Numbered from the stretch's first letter, positions 48,952 through 57,872 are shown. The stretch is 64,000 nt of DNA from Gemmatimonadota bacterium (GCA_003222115.1 QHUL01000056.1:16998-80997), one strand, 5' to 3'. Notes: a model not told the origin generated them from the sequence alone. Numbers and translations: made by a program.

Positions 48952-51229
48952 ACCTGCGCAGCGGCTGTGGTGGCTCCGGGGCGGCGAGGTCCAGGTCGCC
49001 GTGCTCGATCCCGCGCGCCGGCGTCGGTTTGCGGCGTGGAGTGCGCGGCGGCTCGGCCCAGCCGGCGAGGCGGAGCAGCTCCGCCGTGGAGCGGTTCACC
49101 GCGTCGGCTTCGGGGCCCGGCTGCGCGAGCGTCGAGGCGACGTCCAGCCAGGACAGCGCTTCTTCGAACGCGTAGCGCCCCGCCGCCGCCTCGCTCGCCA
49201 GCAGCGCGTAACGGTAGGCCAGGGGGCGCTCGCCCCCGCGCTCGGCATGCCGGGCGATCTCGCCGGCTACCTCGCGCAGGCCGGCGGCCGGGGTCACGGT
49301 TTCGAGCGAGAGTGCGATTGCCCGATGCAGCTCGTGCCGGCGCGCGGGGGTGAGCCCGTCGCGCACGACCTCCGCGATCATCGGGTGCGCGCAGCGGTAG
49401 ACGCCCCCCTCTTCGGCCAGGAGGCGACGCTCGACCAGCGCGTCGGCCAGTGCGGCCGCGCGCAGCCGGGACATGCCGTGCACGGACGACACGAGGTCGG
49501 TGCGGATGCCGCGACCGGCGACGGCGACCGTGGCCAGCAGGTCGCGCAGCTCGTACGGCAGCCCCGCCACACGTTCCGCGATGGCGTCGTGCACGGTGCG
49601 AGGCATCTGCAGGTGACCGTAGCTCACCCCGCTCGGCACGCTGGGCGCGACCCACTCCCCCGTGCCCGGCGCGATCGCCAGGAGCCCCTGGGCGAACAGC
49701 GTCTTGATGAGCTCGACGACGTGGAACGGGTTGCCGTCCGTGACCGCGTGTACCCGCTCCGCGAAGCGGCGGCCGCCGGTCGGCGCGCTGATCCGGCCCA
49801 TCTCACGGATCAGGAGCCACACCTCGTCCTTGGTGAGCGGCGCCAGCGCGACCACGCTCGCGTGAGCGTGGGTGCGGAGGGCCCGCGCGAGCCGCGCCGC
49901 CGGGGCATCCCGCTCGAACTCGCCCAGCGTCAGCGTCGCCACGACCGCGACTGGTGAGCGCTCGAAGCGCCGCGCGAGGAAATGCAGCAGCGCGCAACTC
50001 TCGGTGTCGCACCATTGCACATCGTCGATGAACACGATCGTCGGCCGTTCTGCGGCGATCGACAGGACGAGCTGCGCGATTCCCTCGAACAGGCGCCAGC
50101 GGCGATCCACGTCCACCGCCGCGGCGGCCTCGGGCAGCGTGGGAAAGCGCTGCCGCAGCTCCGGGAGCAGCCGCGTGACCTCCGCGAGCCACTCGGGCGC
50201 CGTGCCCGCCAGACCGGGCGTCTGCAGCACGCCCCGCAGCGCCTCCAGGAACGGGCCGTACGGGATGCCGGTTTGCGCGTCGTAGCCGCGCCCCCGCAGC
50301 ACCGTGGCGCCCGCGGTGAGCGCCCAGCGCGAGAAGTCTTCGGCCAGGCGCGTCTTCCCCACACCCGCCTCGCCCTCGATCACGACGACCCGCCCCGCGT
50401 CCCGCGTGACCGCGTCCCAGACGCCCATGAGCGTGCGCCACTGTGAGTCGCGCCCGACGAGGCTCGCTTCGAAGGACGGCGCGGAGGGAGAGAGGTCCGC
50501 GGCACCCCTCCGCCGCGGGCGTTCCGCGTCGCGCTCGATGCGGCGCACCAGCTCGAGCATCGTGGCGCTCGGCGGAGCGGCGATCTCGTGCGCCAGACGG
50601 TCCCGGTACTCCCGGAAGCGCGCCAGGGCCGCGGCACCGTCGCCGGCCAGGTACAGCGACTCGATCACCAGTCTCGCGGCCTCGTCGGACAGAGGCTCGC
50701 AGGCGAGCCAGCGCTCCGCCCAGCCCAGCGCCTCACGCCAGTGCGATTGGGCGATCGCTTCGCGCGCCAGTCCGCGCAGCAGCTCGCCGAAGCGCCGCAG
50801 CAACCAGCGCCGCTTCACGCTGGCCCACTCCTCGAATACCGGCGCGTGACGCAGCGCGAATCCCGTCAGAAACCGGGGGACGTCGAAGCCCGCGGCCTCG
50901 CGCGGGGAGCGCTCCAACGCGTGGAGGAACTGGGTGACGTCGCACTCGATCGATCCCCGCACCTGCACGGCGTGGCGGTCCACGTGGAGCAGGTCGCCCA
51001 CGGCCGCGCGCAACCGCTTCAGCGCCTGGCGCAGCGAGGCGCGGGCTGCCGCATCGGTGGAGTCGCCCCACAACAGGGCGGCGAGCTCCTCACGCGTGTG
51101 GGCGCCGGGCTCCAGTGTCAGATAGGCGAGCAGGGCGATGTTCTTGGCCCCGCCGATGCCGCGCGCGGGCGTGACGTGCGACCGGGCGACGGCCGGCGGA
51201 CCGAGCAGGTTGAGCGCGAGGCCGGCCAC
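48950..51229 (-). CDS. SARP/BTAD-family transcriptional activator fused to an AAA/NB-ARC-like ATPase and a TPR-like C-terminal region
   Basis: Winged-helix LLAYLTLEPGAHTREELAALLWG, BTAD region (EWASVKRRWLLRRF...ALARFREYRDRLAHEI), and Walker A GEAGVGKTRLAEDF. The start is set at GTG 51229 (VVAGLALNLLGPP); the listed ATG at 51358 is also possible. Confidence 0.75.
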   Translation of the reverse strand: MAGLALNLLGPPAVARSHVTPARGIGGAKNIALLAYLTLEPGAHTREELAALLWGDSTDAAARASLRQALKRLRAAVGDLLHVDRHAVQVRGSIECDVTQFLHALERSPREAAGFDVPRFLTGFALRHAPVFEEWASVKRRWLLRRFGELLRGLAREAIAQSHWREALGWAERWLACEPLSDEAARLVIESLYLAGDGAAALARFREYRDRLAHEIAAPPSATMLELVRRIERDAERPRRRGAADLSPSAPSFEASLVGRDSQWRTLMGVWDAVTRDAGRVVVIEGEAGVGKTRLAEDFSRWALTAGATVLRGRGYDAQTGIPYGPFLEALRGVLQTPGLAGTAPEWLAEVTRLLPELRQRFPTLPEAAAAVDVDRRWRLFEGIAQLVLSIAAERPTIVFIDDVQWCDTESCALLHFLARRFERSPVAVVATLTLGEFERDAPAARLARALRTHAHASVVALAPLTKDEVWLLIREMGRISAPTGGRRFAERVHAVTDGNPFHVVELIKTLFAQGLLAIAPGTGEWVAPSVPSGVSYGHLQMPRTVHDAIAERVAGLPYELRDLLATVAVAGRGIRTDLVSSVHGMSRLRAAALADALVERRLLAEEGGVYRCAHPMIAEVVRDGLTPARRHELHRAIALSLETVTPAAGLREVAGEIARHAERGGERPLAYRYALLASEAAAGRYAFEEALSWLDVASTLAQPGPEADAVNRSTAELLRLAGWAEPPRTPRRKPTPARGIEHGDLDLAAPEPPQPLRR

Positions 51230-51274
51230 AACCCCCAGCGGTTTGCGAGGTGGGACTAACCTACGCCCCCGCCG

Positions 51275-51306
51275 GGCGACGGCAAGGGATCCCCGTCGCC
51301 TTGACA
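51275..51306. promoter_or_regulatory. Inverted repeat GGCGACGG-N10-CCGTCGCC abutting a TTGACA hexamer in the divergent intergenic region
   Basis: Arms at 51275-51282 and 51293-51300. TTGACA at 51301-51306. No convincing -10 element follows. Confidence 0.3.
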
Positions 51307-51336
51307 CCCGCGCGGGCAGCCCGCCTTTTCCACCGC

Positions 51337-53277
51337 ATGGCCGACGAGTCCGGCGCACCGGCCGTCCCGGCCGAAGACCTCCGCGTGGAGCTCGAACGCC
51401 TTCGCCTGCTGCACTCGATCAGCCAGGAATTCAACTCCTCACTCGACTTCGACGAGCTGCTCCCCAAGGTTTTCGACACAGTAGTCACCGCGGTCGGCGC
51501 CGCGGGCGGCTCGCTGTGGATCGCGGAAGGCGACGTGCTGCGCTGCAAGCTCGCGCTGGGTGCCGCGAGCCAGAAGCTGATCGGGACCACGATGCCGATC
51601 GGCACCGGCTTCGTCGGCGACGTGGCTCGGAAGCAGCGCACCACGATCGTCAGGGACGCGATGCTGGACGCGCGCTTCCAGCAGCGGGTGGACCGCTCGA
51701 GTACTCTGATCACGACGACCCTGATGGCCACCCCGATGCTGACGAAGGGCATCACGGTCGGCGCGATCCAGGTCGTCAACAAGGTCAGGGGCGACGGCAT
51801 CTTCGATGACCGCGACCGGGAGATCCTGGAGGGGCTGGCGGCGAGCGCGGCGGTGGCGCTCCGCAACGCCCAGCTCCACGCGGCCGAGAAGCGCGCCCGC
51901 GACCTCGCCGTGCTGCTCGAGATCAGCCGCGAGATCACCTCGACGCTCGACCTCGACCACGTGTTGCAGTCCGTGGTGAACCTCGCGTCGCGCGCGCTCA
52001 CCTTCGATCAGGGGGCGGTCGGGCTGCTCGAGAAGCAGCAGTGCGAGATCCGCGCCATCGCGGGCCACGAGCAGGTGGACCAGAAGGGCGAGCGGACCAA
52101 GCGGCTGGCGCGTCGCGCTGCGTGGCTCGTGGAGCGGGGCGAGACCTTTTACCTGCCGGATCGTGCGCGCCCGGCGTCCGACGTCGAGCGCGGCTTCGTC
52201 GCCGCGTTCGGCGCCGAGCTGGAGGCCGAAGAGCTGGCCAGCGGGTTGTACCTGCCGCTCAAGGACGAGGAAGGCATGCTGGGGGTGCTCTTGTTCGAGG
52301 CGAAGCGCCCCGGCTTTGCGAGCGAGACCCAGCGCGAGCTGGCGGAGATCCTCGCCAACCAGACGACCGTGGCGCTGCGCAACGCCCAGCTCTACAACCA
52401 GGTGCCGCTGGTGGACGCCCTCGGTGCGCTCGCCGCCAAGAAGCGCGCGCTCATGCAGCTGCCGCGGCGCCGCCGTCAGCTCTACGCCGGCGCCGTGGTG
52501 GCCGCCATCGCGGGGTTCACGCTGATCCGCTGGCCACTGCGCGTCGACGGAGCGAACCCGACGTTCCGTGCGTCCGCCTACGTCGAGGCGCGGACGCTGG
52601 TGCCGGGGATCGTGGAACGCGTGCTGGTGCACGAAGGGACCGAGGTGGGCCGCGGGGCTCCGATCCTGCAGCTGCGCGACGCCGAGTTGCGGGCGGAGCG
52701 CGAGGCGGCGGCGGCGGAGGCGGCCGCTGCCGAGCGGTCGGCGGCAGTGGCGGCGAGCCGCGGCAATCCGGCGGAGGAGCGGCTGCAGCGCACCCGGGCC
52801 CAGGCTTTCCGCCGGGAGGTGGCCCTGCTCGACGACGAGGTCGGCTCTACCACAGTGCGCGCGCCGGTCAGCGGCATGGTGCTCACGCCGCGACCCGAGG
52901 AGCGCCTGGGCGCTCGGCTCGAAGCCGGGGACCTGGCGGTGACGCTCGGGCGCACGGACACGCTCGAGCTCGAGTTCGGCGTGGCGCAGCGCGACATCGC
53001 TCGCGTGGCCGCGGGCCAGACCGTCCGGCTGCGCGTCGACGCGCTTCCCCAGCGCACCTTCGAAGGCCGCGTCAGCTTTCTCGGCGAGCTGCCGGTCGAC
53101 TCGCTGCCGGACGTCCGCTTTCCCGTGCGGGCCAAGGTCCCCAATCCCGACGGGCTGCTGCGGCCGGGAATGGCGGCGCACGTCAAGGTGCTGACACGGT
53201 CCACGTCGGTCGCCGGCCGCGCGCTGCGCGGGCCGGTGCGCTGGTTGCGGCTCGTGTGGTGGCGGATGTGGGCGTGA
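51337..53277 (+). CDS. Tandem GAF domains, one TM helix, and a HlyD-family membrane-fusion (periplasmic adaptor) domain
   Basis: Two GAF-like blocks, each ending in ..ALRNAQL. TM segment LYAGAVVAAIAGFTLI. HlyD-type lipoyl/coiled-coil/beta-barrel region (VRAPVSGMVL, GQTVRLRVDALP). Confidence 0.75.
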   Translation: MADESGAPAVPAEDLRVELERLRLLHSISQEFNSSLDFDELLPKVFDTVVTAVGAAGGSLWIAEGDVLRCKLALGAASQKLIGTTMPIGTGFVGDVARKQRTTIVRDAMLDARFQQRVDRSSTLITTTLMATPMLTKGITVGAIQVVNKVRGDGIFDDRDREILEGLAASAAVALRNAQLHAAEKRARDLAVLLEISREITSTLDLDHVLQSVVNLASRALTFDQGAVGLLEKQQCEIRAIAGHEQVDQKGERTKRLARRAAWLVERGETFYLPDRARPASDVERGFVAAFGAELEAEELASGLYLPLKDEEGMLGVLLFEAKRPGFASETQRELAEILANQTTVALRNAQLYNQVPLVDALGALAAKKRALMQLPRRRRQLYAGAVVAAIAGFTLIRWPLRVDGANPTFRASAYVEARTLVPGIVERVLVHEGTEVGRGAPILQLRDAELRAEREAAAAEAAAAERSAAVAASRGNPAEERLQRTRAQAFRREVALLDDEVGSTTVRAPVSGMVLTPRPEERLGARLEAGDLAVTLGRTDTLELEFGVAQRDIARVAAGQTVRLRVDALPQRTFEGRVSFLGELPVDSLPDVRFPVRAKVPNPDGLLRPGMAAHVKVLTRSTSVAGRALRGPVRWLRLVWWRMWA

Positions 53278-54251
53278 GCCGCGTCGGCCTCGCCGGGCTT
53301 GCCGCCTGCGCCGGCGCGTTGCTCGCCGCCGGGTGCGGCGGGTCGGCGCGATCGGACACGCCCGACGCCGCGCGCCCGCCGGCTCCGCTCGTGGCGATCG
53401 AGAGTTCCACGGTGGACGTGCCACTGTCGCTGCCCGCCCAGCTCTACGTGGAGCACGACGCACTCGTGTACGCACGCACCACGGGTATCGTCGAATCGGT
53501 GTACGTCGAGCTGGGCGCGCCGGTCGACCAGGGCCAGCTCTTGGCGCAGCTCGAGCACACCGATCAGGAGATCGCGCTGGCGCAGTCCGACCACGCCTAC
53601 CAGGCCGCCCTCCGGGAAGTGGGGCGCGCGCGCGAGCTGATGAAGGTGCGGGCCATCACGACCGCCGACTCCGAGCAGGCCGAGCTCACCTATCAACGGG
53701 CGGAGCTCGCGCAGCGGCAGACCCGGCGCAACTACGAGCTGACCCGGATCGCGGCGCCGTTCGGCGGCGTCGTGACCGCCCGCACGGTGCGACCGGGGCG
53801 TCTCGTGACGCTGGGCGACTCGCTGTTTCGCGTCTCCGCGCTCGGCCCGCTGCGCGTGTCCGTCCGCGTGCCGGAGGGCCCGAGCGCCGGACTCACGCCG
53901 GGGGCCCGGGCGGAAGTGGTGGGGCAGGACGGCGCCGTGGCCCGCGCCACGGTCGTCCGGGCTTCCCCCGCGATTGACGCGGCGAGCGGAACGCGCGAGG
54001 TGCTGGTGGAGCTTGCCCCGGGAGCGCCGTTGCGGCCGGGGGCGAGCGTCACCGTGCGGGTCGGCGCGGAGCGGCGCCGGATCATCGCCATTCCGCCGGG
54101 AGCGCTGGCCGAGCAAGGCTATGTGCTCGTGTGGGAGAACGGGCGCACCGTGCTGCGCGCCGTCACGCTGGGCGCCCGGCTCGCCGACGGCCGCCTCGAG
54201 GTCATGAGCGGCCTCGCCGCCGGCGAGCAGATCGTCAGTCGCGGCCGGTGA
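53274..54251 (+). CDS. HlyD/RND-type periplasmic adaptor lipoprotein
   Basis: GTGA overlap. Lipobox LLAAGC. TGIVESVYVELGAPVDQGQLLAQL, IAAPFGGVVTART. Confidence 0.8.
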   Translation: MSRVGLAGLAACAGALLAAGCGGSARSDTPDAARPPAPLVAIESSTVDVPLSLPAQLYVEHDALVYARTTGIVESVYVELGAPVDQGQLLAQLEHTDQEIALAQSDHAYQAALREVGRARELMKVRAITTADSEQAELTYQRAELAQRQTRRNYELTRIAAPFGGVVTARTVRPGRLVTLGDSLFRVSALGPLRVSVRVPEGPSAGLTPGARAEVVGQDGAVARATVVRASPAIDAASGTREVLVELAPGAPLRPGASVTVRVGAERRRIIAIPPGALAEQGYVLVWENGRTVLRAVTLGARLADGRLEVMSGLAAGEQIVSRGR

Positions 54252-56311
54252 GCCGTCCCCGCCTGCGCTCCGATCTCGTCATGGTGGAGCAGAGCTACCG
54301 CGGCGAGCGGAGCTACATCGTCAAGGACCCCGCGACCCACAAGTACTTCCGGTTCCGGCCGCTCGAGATGATGGTGATGGAGCAGTTCGATGGGGAGCAG
54401 ACGCCGGCCGAGGTGGCCGCCGTGCTGGCCGCGCAGGGCCCGCCGTTCTCGGTCGCGGCGATCGAGAGCTTCGCGCGCAAGCTCGCCCACATGGACCTGT
54501 TGGCGCGCTCGACGGCCGAGCGCTCCGTGCTTCAGATGGAGCGGCTGCGCGCCGAGCGGCAGCGGCGCATCCGCCGCACGCACTACCAGGGGAGCCTGCT
54601 CCGCATGCGCTGGTCGGTCGGCGACCCGGACCGGCTGTTCGACCGGTGGACGCCGCGGCTGCGGTTCTTCTTCTCGCGCCCGTTCCTCGCCCTGTCCGTC
54701 GCCCTGTTCGTCGTGTACTGCGTGATCGCGGTGGCGAAGTGGTCGGATCTGTCGCGCGGCATGGCGGCGCTCTACACGCCCAGCACGTACACCATCGGGA
54801 CCGTCGTGCTCTTCTGGAGCGCCCTGATGGTGGTCGTGTGCGTGCACGAGCTGGGGCACGGCTTCACGTGCAAGTACTTCGGGGGGCAGGTGCACGAGCT
54901 GGGGGCCATGCTGATCTACTTCCAGCCCGCGTTCTACTGTAACGTCAACGACGCGTGGACCTTTCCGGACCTGCGCGCGCGGCTGTGGGTGACGGCCGCC
55001 GGCTCGTGGATCCAGCTCGTGCTCGCGGCGCTCGCGGCGATCGTGTGGTGGCTCGCCCAACCGGGGACGCTGATCTCGCAGCTGGCGCTGTTCCTGGTGG
55101 TGATCGGGGGCGTCACGACTGTCGTGGCCAACGCCAACCCCTTGATCCCGCTCGACGGCTATTACGCGCTCAGTGACTACCTCGGAATTCCCAACCTGCG
55201 GGCCCGGGCGTTGGGCTACATGGCGTGGCTCGTCAAGCGGCACGTCCTGAGACTCACGGTCCCGCCCCCGCCGGCGGACGCTCACGAGCGGTGCGTCTTC
55301 GCGACCTACGGCACGCTCGCGCTGCTCTACTCGACCGGCCTGCTGCTGTTTCTCGTCGCAGCGATTTTCGGATGGGTGGGCCGGACGTGGGGGACGGTCG
55401 GTACCCTGGCCTTCGCCGTCGCGCTGTGGACGATGCTGCGCGGGCGGCTGCGCGCCGCGGCACGTGCCGTCATGGCGTCGCTGCGGGAGCATCGGACCGA
55501 GTGGAGGTCGCCGCGACGGCGCCGGTGGCTTGCCGGCGGGGCCCTCGCGGCCCTGCTGCTCGGCGTCGTGGTGCCGTGGCCCATCACGGTCGGCGGCGCC
55601 TTCACCGCCGCCGCTCCGCTGGAGCTCGACCTCAAGGCACCGGAGGGTGCCGTCGTCGTGCAGGCCCGCGCCGCCGAGGGGACCCGCGTGGCGGCGGGAG
55701 CGCCGGTCCTCGTGTTCCGCGACCCCGACCTCGAGCGGCGCGCCATCGGCGTCCGCCGCCTCGCCGACTCCCTGGCCGCGCTGGAAGGCGCGGCGCGGGC
55801 GGTCGGCCGCACGGACGAGGCGCGGCGGCTCGAGGCCGAGCGTGCGGAACAGGAGGCGCGAGCGGCGAGCCTCGAGGTGCGGCGCCAGGCGCTCACGCTC
55901 CGCTCCCCGGTAACCGCCGTGGTCCTGACGCCGCGCCTGCAGGAACTGGTGGGCCGCCGCTTCCCGAGCGGTGCCGTGGCCGTGCGCCTGGGGACGCCCG
56001 ACTCCGTCGAGCTGCGGGTCGTGCTGGAGCGTGCCGGCGCCACACTCGTGCGGCCGGGGCAGCCGGTCGCCGTGATCGCCTATGCCGACGTCAGCCACAC
56101 CCTCCAGGGCCGGGTGGCCAGCGTGGCGACCGCCGCCGCCGGACAGGCTGGGGACGGCCAGCTCGAGGCCCGCGTGCTGGTGCCGCGCACGGCGGGCGCG
56201 TGGCGGGCCGGGGCGACGGGCGAAGCCAAGATCACCCTCCGCCGCTCGAACCTCATCGGCGCCTTGGTGTGGGCCGTACGCAAGCGCGTCCGCAGCGATC
56301 TTTTGCTCTGA
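54248..56311 (+). CDS. Fusion protein: N-terminal PqqD/winged-helix-like domain, M50 site-2 metalloprotease membrane core, and a C-terminal HlyD-like domain
   Basis: GTGA overlap. HELGH at 54845-54859 and NPLIPLDGYY near 55135-55165 are the two S2P signature motifs. The N-terminus reads YIVKDPATHKYFRFRPLEMMVMEQFDGEQTPAEVAAVL. The C-terminus reads LRSPVTAVVL...GQPVAVIAY. Confidence 0.75.
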   Translation: MSRPRLRSDLVMVEQSYRGERSYIVKDPATHKYFRFRPLEMMVMEQFDGEQTPAEVAAVLAAQGPPFSVAAIESFARKLAHMDLLARSTAERSVLQMERLRAERQRRIRRTHYQGSLLRMRWSVGDPDRLFDRWTPRLRFFFSRPFLALSVALFVVYCVIAVAKWSDLSRGMAALYTPSTYTIGTVVLFWSALMVVVCVHELGHGFTCKYFGGQVHELGAMLIYFQPAFYCNVNDAWTFPDLRARLWVTAAGSWIQLVLAALAAIVWWLAQPGTLISQLALFLVVIGGVTTVVANANPLIPLDGYYALSDYLGIPNLRARALGYMAWLVKRHVLRLTVPPPPADAHERCVFATYGTLALLYSTGLLLFLVAAIFGWVGRTWGTVGTLAFAVALWTMLRGRLRAAARAVMASLREHRTEWRSPRRRRWLAGGALAALLLGVVVPWPITVGGAFTAAAPLELDLKAPEGAVVVQARAAEGTRVAAGAPVLVFRDPDLERRAIGVRRLADSLAALEGAARAVGRTDEARRLEAERAEQEARAASLEVRRQALTLRSPVTAVVLTPRLQELVGRRFPSGAVAVRLGTPDSVELRVVLERAGATLVRPGQPVAVIAYADVSHTLQGRVASVATAAAGQAGDGQLEARVLVPRTAGAWRAGATGEAKITLRRSNLIGALVWAVRKRVRSDLLL

Positions 56312-57735
56312 TGAACCCGACGATCCCCGGCGCCGTCGCGCTCTGGGCGATGCTGGTCGCCGCGCTGCCCAGACCCTCGCGCGCGCAGGAGTGGCTCCCG
56401 CCGGCCGACCGTCAGCTCGCGCGCGACATCCTGCGGGAGCTGATCGAGATCAACACCACGGACTCAGCGGGCCACACCCCGGAGGCCGCCCGGGCCATGG
56501 CGCAGCGCCTCCTGGCCGCGGGCTTTCCCGCCACCGACGTTCAGGTCCTCATCGGCCCCGATGCGCGGCACGGCAACCTGGTCGCGCGCTACCGTGGCAG
56601 CGGCAAGGGCGGGCGTCCGATCCTGGTGATGGCGCACCTCGACGTCGTGCCGGCGCGCCGGGAGGACTGGTCGGTGGACCCGTTCGCGTTCACGGAGAAG
56701 GACGGCTGGTTCTACGGGCGCGGCTCGACCGACAACAAGGCGGGCGCCGCGATGCTCGTGGCGGACTTCATCCGGCTGAAGCGGGAAGGGTTCGTTCCCG
56801 ACCGCGATCTCGTGCTCATGCTGGAGGGCGACGAGGAGACGGCGGGGAGCTGCGTCCAGTGGCTCATCGCGCAGCACCGCGACCTCATCGACGCGGAGTT
56901 CGCCCTCAATACGGACGCGGGCGGCGGCGTGCTGCGCAACGGCAAGCCGGTCTCGTTCACGGTGCAGGCGAGCGAGAAGGTGTACGCGACGTACCTGCTC
57001 GAGGCGCGCGACAAGGGCGGTCACAGCTCCTTGCCGCGGCCCGCCGACAACCCGATCTATCACGTCGCGGCCGCGCTGGTGCGGCTGTCGCAATACCAGT
57101 TCCCGGTACGGCTGAACGAGATCTCACGCGCGTTCTTCGAGCGCTCGGCGCAGCTCGAGACGGGGCAGCTCGCGGTCGACATGCGGGCCGTGCTGCGGAG
57201 TCCCCCCGACCGCGCGGCGCTCGCCCGGCTCTCGGCCGCGCCCTTCTACAACTCGAAGCTCCGCACGACCTGCGTGGCGACGATGCTCGATGCAGGACAC
57301 GCCGAGAACGCGCTGCCGCAGGCGGCGCGGGCGACGGTGAACTGCCGCATCCTCCCAGACCCGCCGCCGGCCGAGGTCGCGGCCGTCCTGGGGCGGATCG
57401 TGGCGGACGATCGGATCGCCATCACCACGACCTACACGCCGATTCCCAGCCCGCCCTCGCCGCTGCGGCCGGAGATCCTACGACCCATCGAGCGGCTGGT
57501 GGCCGTCCAGTGGCCCGGCGTGCCCGTCGTGCCGGTGATGGAAGCGGGTGCGTCTGACGGCCTGTTCCTCCGCAACGCCGGCATCCCGACGTACGGCGTG
57601 TCGGCCGTGTTCGAGGATCCGGACGACATCCGCGCTCACGGGAAGGACGAGCGCATCAGCGCGCAGAGCTTCTACGACGCGACCGTGTACTGGTATCGGA
57701 TGATGCAGGCGCTCACGTCCGGCGGATCGCCCTGA
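56311..57735 (+). CDS. Secreted M20-family metallopeptidase (carboxypeptidase/dipeptidase type)
   Basis: TGATG overlap with the M50 gene. Signal peptide AVALWAMLVAALPRPSRAQ. MAHLDVVP, GRGSTDNKAG and LEGDEE motifs. Confidence 0.8.
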   Translation: MNPTIPGAVALWAMLVAALPRPSRAQEWLPPADRQLARDILRELIEINTTDSAGHTPEAARAMAQRLLAAGFPATDVQVLIGPDARHGNLVARYRGSGKGGRPILVMAHLDVVPARREDWSVDPFAFTEKDGWFYGRGSTDNKAGAAMLVADFIRLKREGFVPDRDLVLMLEGDEETAGSCVQWLIAQHRDLIDAEFALNTDAGGGVLRNGKPVSFTVQASEKVYATYLLEARDKGGHSSLPRPADNPIYHVAAALVRLSQYQFPVRLNEISRAFFERSAQLETGQLAVDMRAVLRSPPDRAALARLSAAPFYNSKLRTTCVATMLDAGHAENALPQAARATVNCRILPDPPPAEVAAVLGRIVADDRIAITTTYTPIPSPPSPLRPEILRPIERLVAVQWPGVPVVPVMEAGASDGLFLRNAGIPTYGVSAVFEDPDDIRAHGKDERISAQSFYDATVYWYRMMQALTSGGSP

Positions 57736-57760
57736 GAGGGGATAGCTTTCCCGGCGGCAC

Positions 57761-57854
57761 GGGGGCGGATTGGGCCTGGTGGTCTGAGCGGTCTTCAAAA
57801 CCGTCTGGGGCTCGCAAGGGCCTCGGTGGGTTCGATTCCCACACGCTCCCGCCA
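57761..57854 (+). tRNA. selC: tRNA-Sec (anticodon UCA), CCA encoded
   Basis: Manual fold. The 8-position acceptor stem GGGGGCGG/ACGCUCCC has 1 GU and 1 terminal mismatch. The D-stem is 6 bp (UGGGCC/GGUCUG) with a 4-nt loop. The anticodon stem GCGGU/ACCGU carries the loop CUUCAAA. The variable arm is 21 nt. The T-arm is GUGGG-UUCGAUU-CCCAC, followed by discriminator G and CCA. Confidence 0.8.
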
Positions 57855-57872
57855 AGGGCCGGCCCAGCCGCC

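Noticed and set aside
52517-52526. Extra single copies of the TCACGCTG box inside the GAF-HlyD gene (near 52517) and secD (near 43920), considered as additional regulator sites.
   Set aside because: They are isolated single 8-mers within coding sequence, lacking both the 11-bp-spaced partner and the GAGATT element. Such matches are expected by chance at this GC content.
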